From contig MU004234.1 of the NCBI GenBank assembly GCA_010405405.1, positions 2,701,697-2,765,696 of the forward strand: a stretch of 64,000 bases of DNA, written 5' to 3'. This DNA comes from Microthyrium microscopicum. Its lineage: Eukaryota. Made by a program: the position numbers and the translations under genes. Position 1 is the stretch's first letter; each line of letters starts with the position of its first letter. Below, piece by piece: positions 12,165-23,395 of the stretch. The notes beneath the pieces were generated by a model. That model was not told where the DNA came from. It searched no databases and worked only from the letters and a program-made list of their open reading frames with translations.

Positions 12165-15042
12165 ATGGTTGTCTGTAAGTTCTTCCGTAGAGGATTTTGC
12201 TTTCGAGGCGAAAACTGCCGCTACAAGCACGAAATTGACACCCTGAACACTGCCGGACCAGCGACCAGTGGAATCGCAACTCATTTAGAGAGCCTCGATA
12301 GGTATGTCTTTATGCTCCTTGTTCCTCATCTCTTTGTTTATACTGCGCCTTTTGTATCTCTCCCACAAAACTATATTGTACGCTCCTTGGCGCAAACTAA
12401 TTGAACCCCACAGAACCGACAAAGCAAACATCCCTTGCCGGTTCTTTGTCCGAGGAAACTGTAATCGTGGAGATAGATGTCTCTTCAGACATAGTCTGAG
12501 CCTTGATAATGCGCCTGTTCCGCAAAACTCCATACCCAATGAACGAACTCGCACTCATTGCCGGCGCTTTCCCCCGAGTGGATGCGCAGATGGCGATGAT
12601 TGCTCATCCATACACCAAGAAAACAATCTAGCGTGTCTTGGAGCGCAGCTCAAGGTTAGTCTCCTGCTGCTTAATTTTTATGAAAACAATTATGCTAAAC
12701 TCCTCGTGCACAGAATCATGACCGTGACAATTTCAGGCGCATCATTGCTGGCGCATTGGTTAAATTTGCAGACGCTGGCGGAGTAGAAGATATATCGCTG
12801 CCATCCGACTAAATCTTGATTCGTTTGTCACCTCTTCCAATCGATTCTACTTGTTCAACAGTTATCGCACTGTTAAAGGGAATTGACATTGTGCTTCCAG
12901 ATGCTTTGATTGAAATTTCTCAGGAGCGCAACACTCTCATCACCCAAGCCAAGATATATACAAAAGATTCCAGTCTAGCCAGCACTCTTCAGGTCACCGA
13001 TGGTATCCCACGTGAGCACGCCATTTCGGGTATGGCTCTCCGTTTCACGAAATTGCCCGTATATACTCTACCTGGAATGCGACTTAAGGGAATTGACAGT
13101 CGGAAGATTCAAATTTCATGGCGCAGCTCAACACGCACTGTTTGGCTAAGCTTCAAGCTTGAGTCGCAGGCAGTGCGTGTCTCTAAAAGATTCCAAGACG
13201 AAGTATATGACATAAAAGGATCGACGGTGAACGCAACTACAGGAGCCGAAGTGCTTAATCCTCACAAGCGCCCCAAATTGACCGTGGAATTGACCAATGT
13301 GCCAAATGACGCAGATCAATCTAGCATTAACGCTGCTATTTCAGAGGCAAACGACAAACCGAGTTACATTTCACTCGCTCGGCTCACCTACGATGCCACC
13401 TTCGAAGAGGTGGTATCGCTACTCGGTTTCAGACTCGCAAATTTCGGCGACGTTGTTGCCCTTGACAGTCTTGCAGCGCCATTGTCCAAGTATGCAAAGG
13501 TTAGAGCAACATTCAAGAGCAGTGCAGAAGCCTCTCTGGCAGCAGCCGCCTTGAACACTGAGCGTCAAAATTTTCTGGGCGGTGGCAAGCTCTCAGTCAA
13601 GATCGTGCATACTCTAAAAGCAAAAATACTCACTGCCACGTTTGACGTTCTCCGCAACCAACTGGAGTTTCTGGCATTCAGATTCTTCTTGTGGAATAAA
13701 GAGACCGCGCTCCACTTTCATCGCAACACTGATTTCTATCAACGACTTACCGCAATTCGCATTGAGGCTGCCAGTGCTAAAGGAGTCACTGAGGTCAATA
13801 TCGCTTTGCAAAAGATTCTCGGCGGAACGATTGCAAGAGATGCAGATAATTCTTTGCTGTGGCTTCCTCTATCGGACCAAAACGATTGGGCACTGCAAAA
13901 GGTTCGAAAGCTACAGAGCGACTTGCAAGTTAAGATTGTCCGCGATAACCGAAAGAAGCAACTTCACATATTGGGTCCACCAGAACAAATAGATGCTGCA
14001 GTTGCAGCACTGACGCGTATCATCAACGAAGAACGGTCTGAGCTGGGCAAAGCTACTATATCCAACATTAAGACATCCTCAAGCTCAGTGCAATCAAGCA
14101 AAAATGGAAACGAGGACTGCGTTATTTGTTGGTCTGGAGCTGAGGACCCAGTCACAACTTCTTGCGGGCATATATATTGCGAGGAATGCTTAGAAAATCT
14201 TTGCATGGAAGGGGATTTGGGTGACGCTTACACTGTAATCTGTCTGGGTGACTCAGGACAGTGTCAGAAGCCACTCGAACTAGAAGAACTTCACTCGATT
14301 CTACCATCAGTGGTGTTCAACGCCATGCTAGAGCATGCCTTCGACTCGAAGGTTCGGAAGAATCCAGACAGCTTTCATTACTGTCCCACACCAGACTGTG
14401 GCTTCGTATATCGGTCCACATCAACTGCTCATACTCATTGGTTGTAACAAGTGTCTTCAGTACATTTGCACGAGCTGCCATGATTCACATCCCAACAACT
14501 CATGTGCTGAGTTCCAATATATCAAGTCGGGGAGCCAGCAAGCTTTCGAGGAGTACAAGAAGGCCAACAATATGAAAGAGTGCCCGCGCTGTACTCTGAC
14601 AATGGAGAAAATTGATGGATGCAACCATATGTCCTGCCCATCATGTGGTGCTCACGTTTGTTGGGTCTGCTTGGATCATTTCGAAGCTGCCACAGAGTGC
14701 TACGATCATCTCATTGAGGTTCATGGACATATTGGCCTGGTGGATCATCCAGCCGAGGAGGTCATGCCTGACGAAGACTTTGCGCCAGACCAGATACCTG
14801 ATGAGGAGCTTTTCTTGAATTTCAATCTGGCTGGACGACATGCTGCTGGGGAGGATCTGGATATTCTTCTTGCACAGTGGAACCTTACAGATCTGCTTGC
14901 CACTGTAACCTTTGCTGCTCTCGGAATGACTGAGGAGGACATCACACTTTTGCGTGCCCTAGCGGCAAATCAGGCTGCCTTACAAGATGATGGCCTCGTC
15001 AACGACGAGGAAGCAGGAATGGATGCATATCAGCCTCAATAG
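12165..15042 (+). pseudogene. RBR (RING-IBR-RING, Ariadne-like) E3 ligase with 3 CCCH zinc fingers and an RRM/KH-like middle; disrupted
   Basis: ATG 12165; introns 12302-12413 and 12655-12713; three C-x7-C-x5-C-x3-H fingers. In-frame TAA at 12810-12812 where the paralog reads SDY. A +1 frameshift near 14440 falls inside the IBR (HTHW|CNKC). RING1 CVIC...CGHIYC..C; RING2 CPRC...EKIDGCNHMSC. Confidence 0.8.
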
Positions 15043-16191
15043 AGCTCCTCTTATAGTGCTATCGTGCGTCTTCGGCTACTTCTCTGCGCGTTGGTCGGCA
15101 GTATTCCAAGGGTTCAGAGGCTATCAACGATACAAAGAAAGCGACACGCTTGCCACTACCGCCACTAAACAAGAAATGCTGTGTTTCTCATCCTACTTGT
15201 AAGGGCATTAATATCGAATGCATTCTCTGAGGATTGGAGCTCTGGATAATACAAGAAGGCAGATAATGGATATTGTCCTGATACAGTAGCAAGTCGCTCG
15301 GTTTACTCCACCTTTGAGTTAAAATGCCCAAGATACCTAGGTACCTGTTAGATCAGGAAGCAGGACGATAGAGAATAAGATTAAAGATACAACAATCAAA
15401 TGAGCTGACCTCATCTGATCTTTTGCGGCCCAGTAAACAACTCTAGCTGGAAGTCACTCTTGGCGCGGTGCCAATGACGGACGGCGCAGACCAGGTTCCG
15501 TCCGGTACGCGGGCGAATACTGGACGGGGAGTGCCCGCGACTGGGTTAGGGGAAGACTATCTTTTATGAATAAAATGACGGCTGTGATTTTGGGGCGGGC
15601 GAACATTTCGGGCAAGATTAGGATGTGCTGCAGGAGAATCGTTTGGGGTTGAAGGACCATAAGGCTGAGAAATGCGGCTTTGACGACTAGTATATCTTGG
15701 CAGCCTCACCAGTACAGTGGAGCGATCAGAATAAAGTAAGTTCGGTATCAAAGGGGGTCAGAAAGCGGATGCGTTCTTACGAATTGCTTTATTGGTTGCC
15801 CATTCAGTAGATCGATAAGGAACATATTTTCATGGTGGAGTGGTGGCTTGAGAGTGAGAAACGCTCTTCGAGACCCGCCATCACTGCAGGGTTTTGAATG
15901 CCTCTAGCCGAAATGTTATAGGTGAATGCCGACAAATGAGAGCAAAGCTACCTCTACAAATGTTGGAGCTGTCAAGCCGGTGATTGAGGTGGTGCTGTGC
16001 TAACCTCTACAAGCTTGTGCTCCAGGGGCTGCGCTGCTTTTCGGTTTCTTCCTCTGTTAAATCTCGCTTCACCAGCGCTCGCGGTGTACCTTCAGTCTTT
16101 ATCCCCTCAAAGCTTTACCCATCCTCCAGCTTTGTCGTCATCATTCTAGTTCTTATCGTTTATTCACGGTCAGAGTGTTGAAACAATTGAT

Positions 16192-18518
16192 ATGACCGTT
16201 TGCAAATTCTTCAAGGCAGGTGAATGCAACAAGGTGAGATTTCCCCGTCAATTCCAATCTCTCAACAGAATTTTGGGCTCCATCCCATAGAATATGACGC
16301 TGATCAAGGATATGGTTACCGCTAGACGCAATTGCTTTGATTATAACGTTGTACTAACTAATTCCAGGGTCGCGACTGTCCATATCAACATCCAGAGCCA
16401 GGTCCAGTTACACGAGTCATAGATGGGGCTCTAGTGCAGTTTGCAAGTTCTGGCTCTGTTGAAGATGTCTCTTTCGCGTCTGATTACACTTCTTTTCATA
16501 TATCGAAGCTTCCGATCGACTCGACACCAGACACTATTGTGGAACTACTTCAATGCCTCGATTTATTGGTGAAGAAGTCTCATGTTCGAATATTCAAAGA
16601 TCAAGACACAATGGCTTTGCATGCAAACATCACCACAAAAGACCGTAGTTTGGCTTCGCTTCTTAAGGAAATCAACCACATTGAGGGCTTGAGGACGCTA
16701 TCGGATGCAGCTTTGGAAGTCAAGGAAGTAACTGTTTATAGTGTACCAGGAGGACAACTTCGGCGTATTGATAGCCGCAAAGTTCAGTGCTCGTGGCAAC
16801 GTCCAACTCGAGAAGTAATCTTGATATTTGGTCAACAGCAGATAGCAGACCGAGTGCGCCAAAAGTTTCAGGACAACGTCTATACAATACGAAGCGTCAA
16901 GGTATCCGTCGCTGAAGAGCCTCAAGAGATGCTAGCAAATCATCGCGAGCTGTACACAACACTTCGGCTACAGAATGTTCCCGTTGAAGCAGATCAAGAC
17001 GTTATCAAGGCTTCTATTCGTCACGTAGGAGATCAGCCGGACAACATCACACTGTTGGAGCCTTCTTACCGCAACAATTTCACAAAGGTCGTGGCAGCGC
17101 TTTCTGAGAAGTTCTCAGCTCTGGGTAATATTCGAGATGCCCATCCTCTTATGCAACTTCACGCACAACGATTCCAGATGCGAGTAACCTACTGCGACGA
17201 ACAACATGCTACAGTTGCAGCAAGACTCCTACAAGGTCAGATGCAGGAAGTCCTCGGTGGCGAGCCCATTGAAGTGAATGTCCTCCATTCAACGAAGTCC
17301 AAGGTTTGCACTGAAATTTTCGATGTTCTTACTACCCGGTTGGCACAGCTGAAGTCAGACCTCAAAGATATGGGCCTTGACGTCAATATATATCACTATC
17401 GCAATGCCGGCTATTTGAAGCGATTCACGACGCTGAAGATTGAGGGCGCTTCTATCAAAGCAGTCGCCTATACTGATGAACAGCTCCAAAAAATCATGCA
17501 AGGAGAGATTATGTGTGATCAAGATGGCAAAGCACTCTGGTGTCCCTCTTTGGAATACGAAAGCGGCACATTACGGCGAATTCAAGACCTTCAGACCCCG
17601 CTTGGCGTTAAGGTTATTCGCAAGAAGTATTCGAAACATCTTCAGATCTTCGGTCCGCTCGCCAATTGCAGCGAAGCATTACTTCTAGTGAAGACCATCG
17701 TGGAGGATGAATACCCTGAGAATAGTAGATCCGCTAAAATAGATGCGGATACTGAACTGGGCGAGAAGCCTGCAGAAAACGAGTGTCAAACCCAAAGTTG
17801 TGCAGTGTGCTGGACCGAGGCGGACACTCCAATAACTACATCTTGTGGCCATGTGTATTGTTTGGATTGTCTCGAAAACATGTGCAAGGCTGGAGACAGC
17901 GGCACTGACTTTGCAATTACTTGTCAAGGTGCAAGCGGCAATTGCGATCGACCTCTCCAATTGCCTGAGCTTCAATCGCTGTTGCAACCTTCAGTACTGG
18001 AAGATGTACTCAGGATATCCTTTCTGTCCTACATCAGCAAACATTCGAATGATTTCCACCATTGTCCCATAGCAGATTGCTCTGGGATCTATCGAGTAGC
18101 TTCTAAGCAGCTTATGCGTCGATGTGGAATTTGCTTGGAAGAACATTGCGCGATGTGCCATCATCAGCACCCAGACATATCTTGTGCGCAGTTCCGGGCC
18201 AATAATGCCGAAGACAAACAATTCGAAGAATTGAAAACTCAGATGGGTCTGCAAGATTGCCCAAACTGCTACATGACCATTGAGAAGTCTGATGGGTGCA
18301 ATCACATTACCTGCAAATGCGGGGCACATATATGCTGGGCTTGCTTGAAGCATTTCGAAACTTCAGGCGAGTGTTATGGCCATCTAAGAAAGGTACACGG
18401 AGGGTTTGGAATAGCGGCGGGCAACCACGAAGCCTATCATGGAGATGATGAAGAAGAAGAAGACGACGATGACTGGGTGTTCGGACTTTTCGACGATGAC
18501 GAGTTGGCGGCCATGTAG
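16192..18518 (+). CDS. RBR E3 ubiquitin ligase with N-terminal CCCH finger and RRM/KH-like region (paralog of 12165-15042)
   Basis: ATG 16192 MTVCKFFKAGECNK, intron 16234-16367, then GRDCPYQH in frame with the 694-aa ORF. RING1 CAVC..CGHVYCLDC, IBR CPIADC..CGIC..CAMC..H..C, RING2 CPNC..IEKSDGCNHITCKCGAHICWAC; acidic tail. Confidence 0.9.
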
Positions 18519-19097
18519 GAATCACGTCGCCCTGCGCCTTGTACCAAATTCGACAGCCATGATGAGATGTGTTGGCTCATAGCATACAGAACCTCCGTCG
18601 GACTTTGGACGGGAAATCAGGGGCTGGCGAGACTTATTGTTAGCACGAAGATTTTCAAGAATAAAAATATCGTCGGGCTCCAAATTATGGCCAATTAGTT
18701 CATGTCCGCAAAGTAGGCATTAATAGTCTGAGTAAAACGAAACTTGAATAGGCTAAATACGATATGGGCTGGGCAATTTGCCAATCATCAGTCAAACACT
18801 GCAGCTTTTCAGCTCACCAGGCTGTGGATTCGCCCTCATAATAAGCGGAAATCTTATGGAAATTGTAGGGCTTGATATAATGTGATATTTCAAGAGTAAA
18901 ACTTATGTATTGTGGGCAGTTGCTACAGGTAGAATGAATTTTTTCCGAGCTACTCAATGAAAACAACACGTTCCCCAACACCTAAGTGTCTAGATGGGTT
19001 ATCAATCTACAGATCTGGTCCATTACTAGGGCTAGCATTAAATAACCTTCGCTTAGGAACAATTACGGTCACCCTTCCTATCGCCAAACACGATTAT

Positions 19098-19359
19098 TTA
19101 CTTTGCCCATTGGGCCCACTGCAGCGTATACGAGCCGTCAGGATCCTGTCCTCCTTCAAGAGGAGGCTGAACTTGCAGACTCCATGCCAAGACGTTGACA
19201 CATTTTTTTCAAGGACCAAAAGTCTAATTCTGTTCATGAATTGAATTTTGTTGATCACAGGCCCAGCCTAATGTAGAGCTTGTGGCAATTAGCTGCGATG
19301 TTGTCTGGATCTTCGGGGTGTGTGCAATCCCGAAAGACTCGTCCACTATTCAAACACAT
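19098..19359 (-). pseudogene. Cys/His microprotein array member 1 (frameshift + 2 stops)
   Basis: MCLNSGRVFRDCTHPEDPDNIAANCHKLYIRLG, then after a 1-nt shift CDQQNSIHEQN*TFGP*KKCVNVLAWSLQVQPPLEGGQDPDGSYTLQWAQWAK. The stops fall where family members have the conserved W and C; the tail aligns with member 2. Confidence 0.75.
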
Positions 19360-19654
19360 CCTTATAAGGATAAGACCAGACGAGGCTGTTTGACATGTTA
19401 AGAAATTCAAAGAATAAACGAAGGGCTGGGTAATACAGGTAGTTTGGACATTACAGTCGGGGATGATGGAGACGTTGCATTTATAGAACATAGTTCAAAG
19501 TGATAGGAAAGCAGTTCTATCTAGAAGTCGCCTGTTGTGGCTTGAAAGCATTGGCTCCCATCAACAATTCAAGATAGTACTCTAGTGACTGAAAGAGCAT
19601 GTATTTCCTGTCAATTGGACTGTTACCGCCCTTAATGTCACTTGGTATGGGAGC

Positions 19655-19849
19655 TCAACGCGGCCACAGTCTCCACTTCAACGAATATGAGCCGTTGAAA
19701 TTAGGATCCAGTCCTCCCTCAATAGGGGGTCCAACGCCCATATTCCACCGGTAAACGCCAATACATTTTGGGCGGCATTGTAATGCGATATCCAGTTCAT
19801 CTTCTGGATGTCCGCAAGCCTGGAAGACTTTCCCATTATTCTTACACAT
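19655..19849 (-). CDS. Cys/His microprotein array member 2 (internally shortened, 64 aa)
   Basis: MCKNNGKVFQACGHPEDELDIALQCRPKCIGVYRWNMGVGPPIEGG... lacks the central segment seen in member 1. TATAAA on the minus strand at 19968-19973. Confidence 0.65.
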   Translation of the reverse strand: MCKNNGKVFQACGHPEDELDIALQCRPKCIGVYRWNMGVGPPIEGGLDPNFNGSYSLKWRLWPR

Positions 19850-20224
19850 TTACTGTATTGTTAACCTTTAAAACGTTCCCTGCCTTCCTTATAATCAACT
19901 GAGTAATGATAAAAGAATCGGTACGGAAAATGAAGCGACCTAGTAAGGGAGGGCAGACAAATTGGTATTTATAAATATGGATGGCTATGAGTACAACTAA
20001 GATTGTTAAACAATGATTACCTATAGTAAGTAGTTAATCTAACATTTCAGAGAGTATAGATGACTTTTGAACATAACTGGACAAATTTGCAAGTAAAGTG
20101 AGTGAGCTTTCACTAGGATGTACCACCCTCTCCATGAGCAATAGGCCGAAATGTCTGATTTTAAATGTTTAGCTGTTTTTACAAACACTGAACAACCAGT
20201 TATCATCAGCCAGTCCGAAAATCT

Positions 20225-20434
20225 TTACAAAAGAAACAATACATTATCCGGGTACGTCAGATTCCACGTTGCTAAACAGTTTCCACAATATCCTGGAATC
20301 CAGTTCTGATCAGTCAGTGGTGTAACCTTTGCACAGATCTCTCCTGAAGCCCAGTAGTCGGAGCAGTAATAGGCAATATCATGAGCATTCTCTGGGTGGC
20401 AACAGCGGTAAACTCGTCCGCGATGCTTACACTT
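20225..20434 (-). pseudogene. Cys/His microprotein array member 3 (AAG in place of the start ATG)
   Basis: Open 69-codon frame [K]CKHRGRVYRCCHPENAHDIAYYCSDYWASGEICAKVTPLTDQNWIPGYCGNCLATWNLTYPDNVLFLL. An in-frame TAG lies 12 codons upstream with no ATG in between. Not in the ORF track. Confidence 0.75.
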
Positions 20435-21083
20435 TTTGATATGGATGAAGTGAAGGTAGACAAAACGCTAATGCGATCTGCTGTATTCAGACAGTGTGTA
20501 TGTGAATATGATTGAGACGTAGATTCAGATGGCTGCCATCTGACTATTTGTAGTTTGGCAATCTGGTGATATTCACTTTCGTGGATATCTATATTAACTA
20601 ATCACTTTTTACTTAAACAGCTTTGAAGAACAGGAAGTTGCTGTGACGGTAGGCAAAGAATCACCCTAAATACTACTAAACAAAAAATGTTCTATTGTTA
20701 CATTCCCTGGCCAGTTCTGCCTCAGAGGCCATAGCAAATTTCCTCTCCAAGGTAAGAACGGTTGATGAGGGTCTTTTGACCATTTTTGCGAATAACATCC
20801 TATCTTGGGTTATACTAGCAGAAGTGGCGTTCTCCCGTCAGCTATGGTGGCTGCCATCGTGCATTATAACAAGATGGTACTGTGTTTCCCAGCATATTCG
20901 AGGCAATCACAGTTCAGTGGGCCATTGATAGTCAAGCTGATTAACATGCACCTTTGCTTAGCTTCCCGAGCCGGCACCTGAGATGTGGTTAAGTCATGAG
21001 TTGGCAGGATAGGTGGTCTCATTAGAAATGAGACTGTTATGGCTTATGATAAGGCTGATCAGAAGGAAGAGTTACATTCGCTA

Positions 21084-21329
21084 TCAAAGAAAATAATCTC
21101 CAGTCTCATCAGCCGGATCTACTCCAGCGTTCCAGCCCTGTACCTGAATACAATGCGGACAATACCCCTGAATCCAAGCATTCCAGTCTGCGGGGTGGAC
21201 TTGCGCACAAACATGACCAATTTGCTTTGCTAATGGACATATCGTACAAAGCTTCTCATCAGCTAGTTCTTGTGGATAACTTTCCCAGTGGCGACAGCCA
21301 CGCCACACTCTGCTGTAAACTAAGCACAT
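21084..21329 (-). CDS. Cys/His microprotein array member 4 (81 aa)
   Basis: MCLVYSRVWRGCRHWE...LCTICPLAKQIGHVCAQV...WIQGYCPHC. TATATAA on the minus strand at 21453-21459. Confidence 0.8.
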   Translation of the reverse strand: MCLVYSRVWRGCRHWESYPQELADEKLCTICPLAKQIGHVCAQVHPADWNAWIQGYCPHCIQVQGWNAGVDPADETGDYFL

Positions 21330-21724
21330 ATCATAGGTAGAGCCTAGTATTCACCAGAGATCGGTAGGTTGTAGGTGTACTTCAGCAATTGCTTGATATG
21401 TTGGATTTATGAAGGATAAAGAGAATGGCGTCTATCATTTAGATTCCTTTAATTATATACTACGATGTAGATAATCGATGATGGATAAATGCAATAGTGA
21501 GAGCCCCCATTACTGACTAAAAGTAACGTATGATGTCTTCACATATTGGAAATGAACTAGTAACGCAAGATTTTGGACTCAGATATATAACAAGAGGGTA
21601 CAAAATAAGACCCGAAGGTTACAGTGAGGGTCTAGGCATTGGATACACGAAAGCCATGAAGAAAAAGGAAACCCAGAAGAGCGGTTTACATTATTGGAAG
21701 CGCCAAAATTCGTCCCTATATTAT

Positions 21725-21943
21725 CTAAAGTAAAGACAGGAAGCTATTGGACTGCATCAGAACACAATATGGGCATATCCCCTCAAGCCAATGATCGTTT
21801 CCCACTGGTATAACTTTTGAACATGGACGACCAGCTCGCCAGGCCTGCGAACAAACATCGTGACAGTGTATGCCCTCTAATTTGCGCGGATGTCCTTCCG
21901 GGTGGCTGCAGCCACGATACACCTTTGCCCAGACGGTACACAT
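21725..21943 (-). CDS. Cys/His microprotein array member 5 (72 aa)
   Basis: MCTVWAKVYRGCSHPE...HCHDVCSQAWRAGRPCSKV...WLEGICPYC. TATAAA on the minus strand at 22061-22066. Confidence 0.8.
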   Translation of the reverse strand: MCTVWAKVYRGCSHPEGHPRKLEGIHCHDVCSQAWRAGRPCSKVIPVGNDHWLEGICPYCVLMQSNSFLSLL

Positions 21944-22323
21944 CTTGGCCGGGACTATCGTCTAGTGGGTTGATGTTATAAAGCTCAAATTACCAAATCG
22001 GTGTAATATTGGTTGGATTTCAGACAAGATGTGAGACAATTGGTTCCTACCGCCTGAATATTTATACGCCAGTATCTACATCACTGCATATATGAATGAC
22101 AGGGCCGCCATCTGAACAACTGAATGGCTCGGAGACACAACTATCAACGAAAAGCCTGAGCATATCCTTGCATATCCTTGCATATCATCACTATAACTAC
22201 CCAAAGTCGTTCCCACTCTCAGAAGCCCAGGACCCATTTATCTAATCCAGTGGAAAGGTCTAAACTGATCAGACTACTCACTACATACTCTAGAGTGTTT
22301 TCCAACACTTCCATTCTTATCTA

Positions 22324-22554
22324 TCATTCTGCTTGTACAACATCATTGTTTTTCCAGAAATCTCTCAAAATACAACAGCGGGGACAAAGCTCGTCAAGCC
22401 ACCGGTGCTCATGCCATGATTCCGCTTTCATATAATACTCGCCCGTTTCGAGCGCTGTTGAACAGGGCGTGTGGATGGATCGAGGGTATCAAGGGTAGGA
22501 AAGTTGAATATGGTGTTTACACTCCCCATGGACTACATTCCAAACTTTATACAT
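22324..22554 (-). pseudogene. Cys/His microprotein array member 6 (internal TGA)
   Basis: MYKVWNVVHGECKHHIQLSYP*YPRSIHTPCSTALETGEYYMKAESWHEHRWLDELCPRCC..., with TGA at 22489-22491. Shares RSIHTPC and WLDxLC with member 7; two family Cys positions read Tyr (TAT). Confidence 0.75.
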
Positions 22555-22686
22555 ACTGCGTGGTAGGTATGGACGGACAAGTTTGTGTTGAATAAGTGTA
22601 AATTGGGTTGATATTGAGAATGAGGACTACGAATCAGATTGTGAGAACTGTACTATATACACCACACAGTCTCCAAATTTCTACCA

Positions 22687-22941
22687 CTAGCCTATATTAC
22701 TACCCAACGGCGGAAAGTCATCTTCATTCCAAGTGCCATCCTTCTTAGCATTCTCTTCATCGCAGCCTGCACAGAGCCCATCGAGCCATATGCTTTCATT
22801 GTATGGCTGCACTTTTAGACAATGCCGTCTCCTTTGAGAAGCTATATGGCAAGGTGTGTGGATACTGCGGACAAAGCCAGGCAAGAAAAGTAGGCCATCA
22901 TATTGACAGTCACTATGGATTAGGTTTGAAACTATATACAT
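22687..22941 (-). CDS. Cys/His microprotein array member 7 (84 aa)
   Basis: MYIVSNLIHSDCQY...RSIHTPCHIASQRRRHCLKVQP...WLDGLCAGC. The N-terminal C and H ligand positions are degenerate. Confidence 0.7.
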   Translation of the reverse strand: MYIVSNLIHSDCQYDGLLFLPGFVRSIHTPCHIASQRRRHCLKVQPYNESIWLDGLCAGCDEENAKKDGTWNEDDFPPLGSNIG

Positions 22942-23140
22942 GTTGATTTGTTGGGAAGATTGGTGCTAGATACGAACTGAGTTGGGTTGTTCTTAAACGG
23001 ATGAAATATTTGTGGGGTTGCTATCTAGGCATAAATGGTAATGTAATGTGAGGGTAGTAGTGTTTGTAGTTGATGGTTTAAATTAACTTCATCAAAGAAT
23101 AACTAACCGTTTGCTGGATCACCACCATCAGTGAATCTGC

Positions 23141-23395
23141 CTAGACAGCTCTCCTAAGATATTCACTCTCAGTAGTGGCAATGAACTTCTTGATACCAAG
23201 ACACCAATCACATTTCCCATCCAGCCACTTGCCCTCTCCATATACACTTGGTTCCTCCGGTTCAGCTCTCGCACAATGCCTCGCCGTCTTTTTCGCGCTC
23301 TCACAGAGTTTCCAGCAAAGTTCGTGGGCTGGTATTTCAGGATATAGTTCCGGGTGACCGCAGTCGCGATGGATGGGTAGGATGCTAGTACACAT
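23141..23395 (-). CDS. Cys/His microprotein array member 8 (84 aa)
   Basis: MCTSILPIHRDCGHPELYPE...LCWKLCESAKKTARHCARAEP...WLDGKCDWC. Confidence 0.8.
   Translation of the reverse strand: MCTSILPIHRDCGHPELYPEIPAHELCWKLCESAKKTARHCARAEPEEPSVYGEGKWLDGKCDWCLGIKKFIATTESEYLRRAV

Noticed and set aside
15454..15751. GC-rich minus-strand ORFs between the two RBR genes
   Set aside because: No motif, no convincing splice model and no similarity to neighbours.
20640..20960. Possible ninth microprotein between members 3 and 4
   Set aside because: No frame reproduces the C-x-H or W-x-x-G-x-C-x2-C pattern.
19098..23395. Interpreting the array as secreted effectors, metallothioneins or RiPP precursors
   Set aside because: There are no signal peptides, Cys density and aromatic content are unlike metallothioneins, and there are no repeated core peptides, Kex2 sites or adjacent DUF3328-type enzymes.
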